Source: Candidatus Aenigmatarchaeota archaeon
GTDB lineage: Archaea; Aenigmatarchaeota; Aenigmatarchaeia; CG10238-14; SpSt-28
Length of the DNA stretch: 64,000 nt
Reading direction: 5' to 3'
Assembly: GCA_038997165.1 (NCBI GenBank)
Contig: JAWBAK010000001.1
Span: 472,917 to 536,916, forward strand
The notes under the pieces were generated by a model. That model made no database searches. It worked only from the letters and a program-made list of their open reading frames with translations, and was not told where the DNA came from. Shown here one piece after another: positions 15,407 to 26,110 of this stretch; positions within the stretch are counted from its first letter, which is position 1, and the number at the start of each line of letters is the position of its first letter. Made by a program: the position numbers and the translations under genes.

Positions 15407-16196
15407 TTTTTTCTAATATTTCTCTTTGTTTTTCAGAAACTTTTTTAACAATATTTTCTAAATCTCTTGTATAGTGAATTATTAATTCTTTTCCTACTCT
15501 TCCCTGTAGCAAATCGATTTCATGCGATCTTAAATTATCAAAGAAACTTTCGAACGCCCTTCTAAAATCATATGGTTTAATATTATATTTTTTTAAATTT
15601 TTCCAATAACTTAGTTTTGATTTATATGCAATTTTTATATATTCAATGGCTTTTTCGTTTAAAATTGTTATAAAAACTTTTTTTGTCTTTCTTATTAATA
15701 ATAGTTCGAAAACATAGGCATCATATATTTTTTGTTTTTTAATTTTTTCAAAATTTTTTATAAAATAAATTAGTTCATGTGTTCTTAATCCTGTTAATAG
15801 ATGTAAAATTGTAGTTGCTTTTAATTTTTTTGGAAAATATTTAATTTTTTCAAGCAGTTCATCTTTATTAATTTTTTCTTCGAGTATTTTTGGAATTTTT
15901 GGTATATACCAGCTAATGTTTGCTTTTTTTCTTAGTTCATTAAATTTTTTATAATAAATATCTACATCATTTAATGCATCTAAGAATTTTGAATATGCTG
16001 CTAATGCCTGTAAAATATGTTTTTTTAAAGTTTTTTTATTTTCAGTAATTTTCTTAAATTCTATTGAAAAATCAACAGCATTTAAATTTAGTAAATATGA
16101 GTATTTTTTTGCATAGTTAACTAAATTGTTAATATGAGTTTTATTAGTGCATTTTAAACTTAGAAATTCTTTAAATTTGTTCCAATCTATTTGCAT
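15399..16196 (-). CDS. Tyrosine recombinase / SSV1-like archaeal integrase
   Basis: Catalytic-type motifs in order: TGLRTHE, RKTK, YDFRR, DLLQGR, IHY. Confidence 0.8.
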   Translation of the reverse strand: MQIDWNKFKEFLSLKCTNKTHINNLVNYAKKYSYLLNLNAVDFSIEFKKITENKKTLKKHILQALAAYSKFLDALNDVDIYYKKFNELRKKANISWYIPKIPKILEEKINKDELLEKIKYFPKKLKATTILHLLTGLRTHELIYFIKNFEKIKKQKIYDAYVFELLLIRKTKKVFITILNEKAIEYIKIAYKSKLSYWKNLKKYNIKPYDFRRAFESFFDNLRSHEIDLLQGRVGKELIIHYTRDLENIVKKVSEKQREILEKII

Positions 16197-16228
16197 AAAT
16201 TTTTAATTTTTATTTTCTAAAAAATATA

Positions 16229-16474
16229 ATGGAAGAGAGAATATTAAGAATAAACTTAAGAAAAGAATTGATTAAAAAACCAACATGGAATAGAAAAAAA
16301 TTATTAATGTTAAGATTAAAAGAAAAATTAAAAAGGATTTTAAAAGTTGATGAAATTAAAATAGGTAAAAATTTAAACGAATTTATTCAAAGACATAGCC
16401 CGAAAAAATTAACTTATAAATTTACTTTAAGAATTGAAAAAGAAGATAATATAGCAAAGGTTGATCTTGCATGA
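16229..16474 (+). CDS. rpl31e: 50S ribosomal protein eL31 (divergent)
   Basis: ERILRINLR...PTWNR...IKIGKNLNEFI; directly upstream of aIF6 as usual. Confidence 0.8.
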   Translation: MEERILRINLRKELIKKPTWNRKKLLMLRLKEKLKRILKVDEIKIGKNLNEFIQRHSPKKLTYKFTLRIEKEDNIAKVDLA

Positions 16475-17139
16475 AATACGAGCTTATAAATTATAATGGC
16501 GATTCAAATATTGGTATTTTTTTAAGAACATCCGAAGACATAACTTTAGTTCCTAAAAATATTGATAAAAAAATTACTGAAAAAATAGAAAAAATTCTTA
16601 AAACTGAAATTATTGAATGTAAAATTTGGGATTCATATTTACTTGGAATATTTTCGTGTTTAAATTCTAATGGATTAATTTTACCAAAAACAATTTTTGA
16701 TAATGAATTTAATTTTTTTAAATCGTTAGATTTAAATATTGGAATTATTGATTGCGATTATAATGCTATTGGAAACTTAATCCTTTGTAATGATTATTCT
16801 GCAATTGTAAGTCCATTAATTGATAAAGAAAGCTTAAAAATAATTAGAGATGTTTTAAATGTTGAGGTTATTGTTAGAAAAATAATGAAAAATAATTTGG
16901 TTGGTTCTATGGCTTATGTAACTAATAAGGGAATTTTATTTAATAGAAATATAAATGAGGATGAAGCAAAAGAAATTAGTGAAATATTTAAAGTGAAAAG
17001 ATATGGTGCAGGAAGTGTAAATATGGGAAATATTTATGTTTCTGTTGGTTTAATTGCAAATTCTAAAGGAATAATATTTGGAGAAAAAACTAGTCCTTAT
17101 GAAATTCAAATAGCATTAGAAGCTTTTGATTTTATTTAG
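16471..17139 (+). CDS. eif6: Translation initiation factor 6 (aIF6)
   Basis: GDSNIGIF, NSNG, GNLILCND, GSVNMG...ANSKG, TSPYEI. Confidence 0.95.
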   Translation: MKYELINYNGDSNIGIFLRTSEDITLVPKNIDKKITEKIEKILKTEIIECKIWDSYLLGIFSCLNSNGLILPKTIFDNEFNFFKSLDLNIGIIDCDYNAIGNLILCNDYSAIVSPLIDKESLKIIRDVLNVEVIVRKIMKNNLVGSMAYVTNKGILFNRNINEDEAKEISEIFKVKRYGAGSVNMGNIYVSVGLIANSKGIIFGEKTSPYEIQIALEAFDFI

Positions 17140-17152
17140 TATATGTATATTT

Positions 17153-17170
17153 GAGGAAAAAATATATATT
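17153..17170 (+). promoter_or_regulatory. Putative BRE-TATA promoter of the pre-16S transcript
   Basis: Purine-rich GAGGAAAA followed by TATATATT ~25 nt upstream of the structured leader at ~17190. Confidence 0.55.
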
Positions 17171-17187
17171 AGTGATTTAAAATATAT

Positions 17188-17267
17188 TATAGGGCTTGTT
17201 CCGTCATTGTTTCGAGAGAGCATTTGCTCTATGAAGATGAGAAACAATATCCTACAAGCCTATAGTA
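17188..17267 (+). ncRNA. Structured leader hairpin, candidate H/ACA-like sRNA
   Basis: Basal stem GGCTTGT/ACAAGCC, internal loop, stem ATTGTTTC/GAAACAAT, tandem GA and ATGAAGA (K-turn-like), ATA after the stem. Confidence 0.5.
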
Positions 17268-17280
17268 TCAGATGCCTTAA

Positions 17281-18835
<1,555 letters not shown>

Positions 18836-18902
18836 ATTTCAAAAATTCTCAAAATTAATAAAAAATTCGAATTCTAAAAATAAATTATAGGTTAGATTAT
18901 AA

Positions 18903-18988
18903 GCGGGGGTCGCCTAGCCTGGCCAAGGGCGCTGGGTTGAGGTCCCAGTGGCTTAGTGCCTTCGTGGGTTCAAATCCCACCCCCCGCA
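18903..18988 (+). tRNA. tRNA-Leu(GAG)
   Basis: GCGGGGG/CCCCCGC acceptor, CTGGG-TT-GAG-GT-CCCAG, long variable arm, discriminator A. Confidence 0.95.
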
Positions 18989-19021
18989 GTCGAATAATTG
19001 CTCTATACATTTTAATATTTT

Positions 19022-19741
19022 ATGGGCTATTTAGAAATAATTATATCATCAACAATATTTTTAATGTTATTGGTAACAGCTTTTCTTTTCTTGAATTATA
19101 GATTTCAAGAATATAAATATATAAATTCAGAAATTTTTTATAAAGAACTTTTGCTTTCATATTTTGATAGGCTAATATATTCTAATCCAAACGTTTATAA
19201 AGATTTGGTTATTAAAATTTTTGAAATTAATATTAGCGAAAGTGATAATCAAGTTATTTATATAAATTTCAATGTTAGTTGTGAAAAGAAAATAAATGTA
19301 ACATCTATAAGAATTTATAATTCTAATTTTTCTGAATTAGCATTTAAAATAAAAGATTATGATGTTTGTAGCGATAATAGTTTATATAGAGCTAATATAT
19401 CAATTTTTTTACAAAATTTTTCTAACAAAGAAATTTTATATGTTTTTATGTCATCTAGTTATGGAAATCCAATATTATATGATTTTGAAGAAAATTATAA
19501 AAATGCAAGTTATAAATATATAGGCACTATTACTTTAAAGGGTTTAGATCTTTTTACTTTTGAAAATATTGTAGAAGAATATTGTAAAAATAGAGGAGAA
19601 GTCGAGATAGAGGTTTTTGAAAATGAAAATATAATTATGAGTTGTAAAAAAAACAAAGCTGGAAATGTTTTTTCTTTTAATATGCCTATTTTATCGATTA
19701 ATGGAAAAAAACTAAATATAATTTTTAGAATTTTTGAATAA
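19022..19741 (+). CDS. Membrane-anchored pilin-like/accessory surface protein
   Basis: N-terminal MG|YLEIIIS hydrophobic helix with E near +3; Asn-rich ectodomain. Confidence 0.5.
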   Translation: MGYLEIIISSTIFLMLLVTAFLFLNYRFQEYKYINSEIFYKELLLSYFDRLIYSNPNVYKDLVIKIFEINISESDNQVIYINFNVSCEKKINVTSIRIYNSNFSELAFKIKDYDVCSDNSLYRANISIFLQNFSNKEILYVFMSSSYGNPILYDFEENYKNASYKYIGTITLKGLDLFTFENIVEEYCKNRGEVEIEVFENENIIMSCKKNKAGNVFSFNMPILSINGKKLNIIFRIFE

Positions 19742-19742
19742 A

Positions 19743-20129
19743 ATGGAAAAATTTTTAGAATTGGCAATTTCTTTTACTATTTTATTATCTTTTATTTTTG
19801 TTTTTCTTTTTTATTCTTCCAATTTATATTTAGAAGATGATGAAATAATAAAAGTTAAAATTTATAATGTTTTAAACTCTTATAATCTTGAAATAAGAAG
19901 CTATGCGTTTTTAGGAAAAACAACTGAAATAGAAAATATTTTAAAAAATGAACTTCCAAAAATTTATGATTTTAAAGTTTTGATTTGTTATGAAAAAAAT
20001 TATGATGAATGCTTTAAAAATATAAAGTTTAATGCAAATAACGTTTTTTCTGTAAGTTATTTTTTTTCATCTAACTTTACTAACTATGAAAATATTGAAT
20101 TAATAATATATGCTTGGAAAAAAATTTAA
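19743..20129 (+). CDS. Membrane-anchored pilin-like/accessory protein (ATG 19743)
   Basis: MEK|FLELAISFTILL N-terminal hydrophobic segment; co-operonic. Confidence 0.5.
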   Translation: MEKFLELAISFTILLSFIFVFLFYSSNLYLEDDEIIKVKIYNVLNSYNLEIRSYAFLGKTTEIENILKNELPKIYDFKVLICYEKNYDECFKNIKFNANNVFSVSYFFSSNFTNYENIELIIYAWKKI

Positions 20130-20670
20130 ATCACAATTTTTTATAATTGCAACAGGAATATTTATATTAATTTTTAGTGTTAACTTTTTTTATTTTGGAT
20201 ATTTAAGTAAAAAAACTAATTATCCAAGCAATTTAATAATTTTAAGAACTATCGATAATTATCTAACAGAAGCAAACCTTCTTTTGGAAAATGAAAAAAT
20301 TTCAGAATTTTTTAGTTTTTCAGAATTTTTTATTAATACTTCTAAAAAAAGAAATTTTATTATAGAAGTTTTGTTTTCAAATATTAGTTTAGATTCTTCT
20401 CAAAAAAAGATTAATTTTGAAATATATCTTTTTTCTGAAAGAGAATATTTTTTAAATATTTCTTCTGATATAGATTTCTTAGCTTTTAATTTAGAGCCAA
20501 GAATTTTAAAAAATATAAATATTAGTTTTGAAAATTCTCAATTAATTAATATAACTATTTTTAATTCATCTTTTTTTATAGTAAATTGTGAATCAAATTG
20601 CAAATTTTTAATTTCTATGGGTTATAAAGATGATATAAAAATAATTAAATCTTTGCTTTTGAAAAGCTAA
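20110..20670 (+). CDS. Pilin-like protein with class III-type signal peptide
   Basis: MLGKKFKS|QFFIIATGIFIL (K-S|Q-F pattern). Confidence 0.6.
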   Translation: MLGKKFKSQFFIIATGIFILIFSVNFFYFGYLSKKTNYPSNLIILRTIDNYLTEANLLLENEKISEFFSFSEFFINTSKKRNFIIEVLFSNISLDSSQKKINFEIYLFSEREYFLNISSDIDFLAFNLEPRILKNINISFENSQLINITIFNSSFFIVNCESNCKFLISMGYKDDIKIIKSLLLKS

Positions 20671-20687
20671 AGAGTAATTTTATATTT

Positions 20688-21152
20688 ATGAAATTATTAT
20701 CGGAATTTGTTTCGAAAGTTTTGATTTTTCTTATTTCTATTATAGCTATTTCTATAGCTTTACTTTTTTTAAATCCTATAATAGATAGGAATTTAAATTC
20801 TATTTCAATTCAAGAAGCCATTTCTAATATGAAAAAAATTGAAGCTATAAGTAAAGAAGTTTTAAGCGAAGCAATAGGATCTCAGAGAGTTTTAGAGATT
20901 AGAATTTATAGAGGTATTTTATATGTTAATAATAGTTCAATCGTTTATATTCTAGAATCAGATAATATTCCTTTAGAAGATTTTACTAAAAAAGATGGAA
21001 ATTTATTTATTAAAAAAATTGGTAATACTTTTTCTATAACTTTAAATTTTGAATATGCAAATATTGTTGGCAATGTTTATTTATCTAGTGGAAATCATAG
21101 AATATGTATTCTTAAAGATGCTGAGCTAACAATAAAAGTTTATGTTTGTTAA
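20688..21152 (+). CDS. Pilin-like protein
   Basis: MKL|LSEFVSKVLIFLISIIAI; GSQR...G.L.V and C-terminal G.H.I.I.K pattern shared with the next gene. Confidence 0.6.
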   Translation: MKLLSEFVSKVLIFLISIIAISIALLFLNPIIDRNLNSISIQEAISNMKKIEAISKEVLSEAIGSQRVLEIRIYRGILYVNNSSIVYILESDNIPLEDFTKKDGNLFIKKIGNTFSITLNFEYANIVGNVYLSSGNHRICILKDAELTIKVYVC

Positions 21153-21160
21153 AATTTTTT

Positions 21161-22027
21161 ATGAGATTAATATCTAATACAATATCTCTTTCTATTTATA
21201 TAATTTTATCACTTTTTTTAATATCTTTTTTTTTATCTATTACTTTTAAAGAATTAATTGAAAAATCTAGAATAAGTAGCACTTTTTTACAAGTAATAGA
21301 ACAATTAAGATTTTTAGATGCTACAATTTTATATTTAAACAGTTTAGATATAGGTTCAAAAACAAGTATAAAGATTTATATTCCAGAAGGAAGATTATTA
21401 GTTAAAGATGGTAAAATATTTTATGAATTAGAAACTGTTTCAACTTTTGAATTTCTTAAAAATATTGTAAGATCTTTTAAAAATTTGGCATTAATATTTA
21501 GAAATGTTAGTATAAAATGTGAAATTAGAGAAAATAATTGTTTAGAAAGCGAGGAATGCATTTTTTCTATGTATAAATTAAATAATTCTCATATAGCAGA
21601 TTGCAATTCTTTAAATTATCCTTATAAAATTTGTTGTAAAGATTTAGAAATTAGAAAAGCTGAGACTTGTTATGAAAAAGAGTCTGAAATTCTTAGAATT
21701 TTAAAAGATGAAAACTCTCATGCAGGTTTTAATAAATATTCCTTTAGAATTTGCTCATATCCAATAATTTTATGTTCTTTAAAGAATAAATGTAGCAATA
21801 ATGAAATTTGTGTAGCGTCTTTTTATAAAGATTTTAATTCTCATGCAGCTGTATGTAATTATTATCCAAATAATCTTTGTTGTTATTCTTCTATTTCAGA
21901 AATAGGTAAAATAATTCTAAGTTATTTAGATATAGAAATTATTGGTAATTTTGTAATTTCTAAAGGAGAATATACCTTAGTAATAGAAAAAATCGATTTT
22001 AATAAAATAAAAATTTATGTATTATGA
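21161..22027 (+). CDS. Pilin-like protein with three Cys/NSH repeats (ATG 21161)
   Basis: MRL|ISNTISLSIYII; three repeats C..xE...NSH...Y...(I/L)C. Confidence 0.6.
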   Translation: MRLISNTISLSIYIILSLFLISFFLSITFKELIEKSRISSTFLQVIEQLRFLDATILYLNSLDIGSKTSIKIYIPEGRLLVKDGKIFYELETVSTFEFLKNIVRSFKNLALIFRNVSIKCEIRENNCLESEECIFSMYKLNNSHIADCNSLNYPYKICCKDLEIRKAETCYEKESEILRILKDENSHAGFNKYSFRICSYPIILCSLKNKCSNNEICVASFYKDFNSHAAVCNYYPNNLCCYSSISEIGKIILSYLDIEIIGNFVISKGEYTLVIEKIDFNKIKIYVL

Positions 22028-22497
22028 AGTTAATATCTGCTTATATAGCAACAATTATAATAGTTTTAGTAACTCTTACTATTGGATTTTTTGTTTATAC
22101 TTGGTATTTTCAATTTTTTCAAAGAACTGGTGAAGAAATTGAAAGGATTGAAGAAAAACGAATTTCTTGCCAATTTGGTTCATTTATAGTTTTAACAGAA
22201 ACTCTAAATTGTACTTTTGAATTTTTAAATTTTTCTTTAAAAAACAATGGTTACATAGATTTATATAATTTGAAAGTTGTTGTTTTTGATGGAATAAAGA
22301 TGCATACATTAGATGTTTATGATGAAAATGGAAATATTGCTGATATTAATAATCCATTAAAGCCTAATACTGTTAACAATTATTATGTTAATATTTCTGG
22401 AATTTCTAAAATTTTAAGTTTAGAGTTTTTAACTCAATGTGCTAATGTAAATATAAAGATTAAAGACTTAAATATATCATGTACACAGAAAGAATAA
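22024..22497 (+). CDS. Archaeal type IV pilin-like protein
   Basis: MKL|ISAYIATIIIVLVTLTIG; KNNG..DL and L.P motifs typical of archaeal pilin heads. Confidence 0.7.
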   Translation: MKLISAYIATIIIVLVTLTIGFFVYTWYFQFFQRTGEEIERIEEKRISCQFGSFIVLTETLNCTFEFLNFSLKNNGYIDLYNLKVVVFDGIKMHTLDVYDENGNIADINNPLKPNTVNNYYVNISGISKILSLEFLTQCANVNIKIKDLNISCTQKE

Positions 22498-23093
22498 AAA
22501 CAATTAGTAGGGGAATAATATTAATAATTTTAGGTATTATAATAGGTATATATCCTTTTCAAATAGTTGGAAATTTTTTAGAGGTTGAAAGTATTAGGGC
22601 AAATACTAAAAAATTTTATGAGTTATTAATACCAAATTCTATTGTTAGTGTTGAAAGTGTAAAAAAGGAGGGAGAAATGTATAAAGTTTTAGTTAAGTTG
22701 ATTTTAAATAATAATGTTAATTATATTGAAGCGTGGGTATCTAAAGATTCAAATATTTTAGTTGAAGGTGTAATATACTTAAAAGATTCTATTAAAACTT
22801 TAGAAAAATATAAGAAATTTGTAGAATGTTTAAATAATAAAGGAGTAAAGATATATGGTTTATTAGATTCTCAAAATTATCCTGATGCTGCATTATTAAC
22901 TTCTAGACAACTAAATTTATTGGGAAGATATTCTTATTTAATTTTTGTTAGTTGCGATGGTGATATGATGCAAGCATGTATAAATTCTGGAATAACACAA
23001 TTTCCAGCAGTAGTTTATAATGATAAAGTTTATTTTGGAGTTGGAGATATTGATTGGTTTTCTAATTTAACTGGATGTAAATTTATTGATTAA
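22479..23093 (+). CDS. Membrane-anchored thioredoxin-fold-like protein lacking CxxC
   Basis: CLNNKGVKIYG...Q..LLG...VSC...C...I..FP...LTGC pattern; no CxxC at the expected site. Confidence 0.6.
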   Translation: MYTERIKTISRGIILIILGIIIGIYPFQIVGNFLEVESIRANTKKFYELLIPNSIVSVESVKKEGEMYKVLVKLILNNNVNYIEAWVSKDSNILVEGVIYLKDSIKTLEKYKKFVECLNNKGVKIYGLLDSQNYPDAALLTSRQLNLLGRYSYLIFVSCDGDMMQACINSGITQFPAVVYNDKVYFGVGDIDWFSNLTGCKFID

Positions 23094-23130
23094 AAATAAA
23101 TTTAATTTATTGTTTAATTAAATTTTATTT

Positions 23131-23901
23131 ATGTTAGAAAGAATATTATTAGTATTTTTAATTTTTATTTCAACTTTTTTTATTGCTATCTCTTATGATT
23201 GTCCATTACAATCCCATCCTTTATCCGAAATTTGTCCTATAGATGTTAATTTAAATATGAGAGGATTTAATATAACAAATGTTGGAGAAATTATTGTTAG
23301 TGGAAGAATTGTTGCATCGATTTTATGTATTGGTAATGATTGTAAATCTTCATGGCCTAGTATAGTTGAATCGGATCCATTTTGGTCTTTTAATATTAGT
23401 AGAATAAATATAGGATATTTAATTAAAAGAGGTGAATCTGGAATTTTTCAATCAATAATTTATGAAAAAAATGGTAAAATAGGTATTGGAACTGAAAATC
23501 CACAAGATACACTTGAAGTTATTGGTAATATAACTGCTAGTGGGATTATTAGAGCAAATAAAATATGTGTAGGAGAAAATTGTAGCGATATTCTTGGAAA
23601 CTTAAGTGGTCATGGTATAAAAAATACAATTGCTTATTGGTCTAGTGAAAATACTTTAGAATCAACTCCATTTTATGTTAATAGTAATTTTGACCTTAAT
23701 TTATCTTGGAAAAGTATTTTTAATGTTCTTTGGCTTAATTCAACTTATATATATTCTTCGGATTTGATTTATTCTTCTGGAAAAGTTGGAATATCTACAT
23801 ATCCGGAATATTCGTTAGATGTTATAGGTAATATTAGAGTTAGAATAGGATCAACTGTTTTTACTATTGAGAATACTGGAGATGTTTTAGTAGCACTATG
23901 A
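23131..23901 (+). CDS. Secreted fibre-like beta-repeat protein
   Basis: Signal peptide; GKIGIGT..P...LEV.G repeats; CIGNDC..WP motif. Confidence 0.7.
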   Translation: MLERILLVFLIFISTFFIAISYDCPLQSHPLSEICPIDVNLNMRGFNITNVGEIIVSGRIVASILCIGNDCKSSWPSIVESDPFWSFNISRINIGYLIKRGESGIFQSIIYEKNGKIGIGTENPQDTLEVIGNITASGIIRANKICVGENCSDILGNLSGHGIKNTIAYWSSENTLESTPFYVNSNFDLNLSWKSIFNVLWLNSTYIYSSDLIYSSGKVGISTYPEYSLDVIGNIRVRIGSTVFTIENTGDVLVAL

Positions 23902-25748
23902 ATAAAAAATATATATTTAATTTAAAGTATTATATTATGAAGATTAATATAGGTTTATCTCACATATTTTTAATCTTTTTAATGACTTTACTTTTTAACA
24001 CATCTTTTTCTCAAGGAAATTTTATAATAAGAAATAAAACAGATATAAACATAGTATATTTTATAGTTAACGGAACTACTGGTAGAGTTGGTATAGGATT
24101 AATAAATCCTCAATATAAATTAGATGTTAGCGGTGATGTTAGAGTTAGTGGTAACTTATTTGTAACTAGTGGAATTAATATTGGAGGTGATTTAAGTATA
24201 GGAGGAAATATAGTAATAACTTCAGGAAGAGTAGTACAAAATATAGCTAGTGTTGGAACTAATTTAATTCCTTCTAGTGATAATTCTTATGATTTAGGTA
24301 ATTCAACTCATAGATGGAGAGCTGTTTATGCAAGTGGATATTATATTGGCGCTACTCAAATAATTGATAGTTCAAGAAATATAATAAATGTTAATTGGGT
24401 TAATGCAACTAATATAAACGCAACTCAATCAATAAGAGCAAGTATTATTTATCAAGGAAACAATCAAGTTATAGATACGATAAGTGCAAATGCACCAATT
24501 ACTGTAAGTAGAAGTGGAAGTTCAGTAACTATTGGACTACAAGCAAGTGGAGTAACAGCAGGAACTTATGGATCTGCATCACAAGTACCTCAAATTCAAG
24601 TTGATGCATATGGAAGAATAACTTCTGCAAGCAATGTTAACATTGCTATTGATGCTAGCCAAATTGTTTCTGGAATAATTTCTTCTGCGAGATTAGATAG
24701 TAATATAGCTTGGTTAAATAGAACTCAAACATGGACAGCCCCTCAAACATTTAATGAAAACGTATGGTTTAATAAAAATGTTTTTATAGTCGGCAATATT
24801 TCTTATGTTAATGTTCAAAATTTAAACGTTAATGGAAGTTTCGTTCCAATAGCTACCGGAGTTTTTAGTTTAGGAAGTCCAGAATACAAGTGGAAAGATA
24901 TATATGGAATAAATATATATGGAGATAATGTTTATTCTGGAGGTAATTTGGTATTAACAAACGTAACCAATTTTGCTAATTCAGCAGATAGTGACATTAC
25001 AGTTAGTGGAACTTATAATAGCCTTAATTTACAAATAAGAGCTGGAGCTGTTGGAACAAATGAATTAGCTCAAATTTCTTGTCCTCCAAATCAGGTATTA
25101 GCTTCGATTGGTGGAGGTAGTTATACTTGTGTTGATGTAAATCCAGCAAATGTTATTAATGGTACTGGTCAGCCAGGACAAATAGCTTATTTTTCATCTA
25201 CTAATACATTAAGCGGAAGTAATCAGTTATTTTTGGATACTACGAATTGGAGAGTTGGTATAGGAACTACTTCACCAGTTAGAAAATTAGATGTGGTTGG
25301 AGATATTAATGCAACTCAAGCAATTTATTCAAGCCAAGGATATTATGTTGGCACAACTCAAATAATAACTTCTGGAAGAGTATTACAAAATATAGCTAAT
25401 GTTGGAACCCATTTAATTCCTTCTAGTGATAATGCTTTTGATTTAGGTAGTTTAACTAATAGATGGAGATGGGTTAATGCAACTAATATAAATGCAACTC
25501 AATCAATAAGAGCTTCTCAAATTTGTATAGGAAATGATTGTAGAAGTGCATGGCCAACTTTAGTAGAAACTGATCCATATTGGAATTCAAATATAACTGC
25601 TATTTCAGCTAATTATTTAATTAAAAGAAGTCCAACCGGTATAGCTCAATCGATAATTTACGATGATGGAGCTAAAGTAGGAATTGGAACAAATTCTCCA
25701 GCTGGTTTATTGCATATTAGAGGAGGAGATATAATAATAGAAGTGTAA
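23898..25748 (+). CDS. Secreted tail-fibre-like beta-repeat protein A (likely start ATG 23937)
   Basis: Signal peptide; VGIGT..P..KLDV.G, P..DN.YDLG....RW and GVTAGTYG...VDAYGRITSA motifs typical of phage-fibre-like proteins. Confidence 0.75.
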   Translation: MNKKYIFNLKYYIMKINIGLSHIFLIFLMTLLFNTSFSQGNFIIRNKTDINIVYFIVNGTTGRVGIGLINPQYKLDVSGDVRVSGNLFVTSGINIGGDLSIGGNIVITSGRVVQNIASVGTNLIPSSDNSYDLGNSTHRWRAVYASGYYIGATQIIDSSRNIINVNWVNATNINATQSIRASIIYQGNNQVIDTISANAPITVSRSGSSVTIGLQASGVTAGTYGSASQVPQIQVDAYGRITSASNVNIAIDASQIVSGIISSARLDSNIAWLNRTQTWTAPQTFNENVWFNKNVFIVGNISYVNVQNLNVNGSFVPIATGVFSLGSPEYKWKDIYGINIYGDNVYSGGNLVLTNVTNFANSADSDITVSGTYNSLNLQIRAGAVGTNELAQISCPPNQVLASIGGGSYTCVDVNPANVINGTGQPGQIAYFSSTNTLSGSNQLFLDTTNWRVGIGTTSPVRKLDVVGDINATQAIYSSQGYYVGTTQIITSGRVLQNIANVGTHLIPSSDNAFDLGSLTNRWRWVNATNINATQSIRASQICIGNDCRSAWPTLVETDPYWNSNITAISANYLIKRSPTGIAQSIIYDDGAKVGIGTNSPAGLLHIRGGDIIIEV

Positions 25749-26110
25749 ATAAATAAAATATAAGTTTAAAATTAAAAAATATTAAAAAGAAAAGATATTT
25801 TATGAAAACAAAAAATTTTTATATTGTTTTGTTTTTGATATTTATTTTTATTAATATTTATAAACTAGACTTGGTTAGTTCTCAAGTATATAAAGATTTT
25901 ATAATTAGAAATATTTCTAATACTTCTACTGTTTATTTTATAGTTAACGGAACTACTGGTAGAGTTGGTATAGGATTAATAAATCCTCAATATAAATTAG
26001 ATGTTAGCGGTGATGTTAGAGTTAGTGGTAACTTATTTGTAACTAGTGGAATTAATATTGGAGGTGATTTAAGTATAGGAGGAAATATAGTAATAACTTC
26101 AGGAAGAGTA
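24057..26110 (+). repeat. Module P: 177-bp identical direct repeat (24057-24233 = 25934-26110)
   Basis: Base-by-base comparison by eye, constant offset 1877. Confidence 0.9.
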
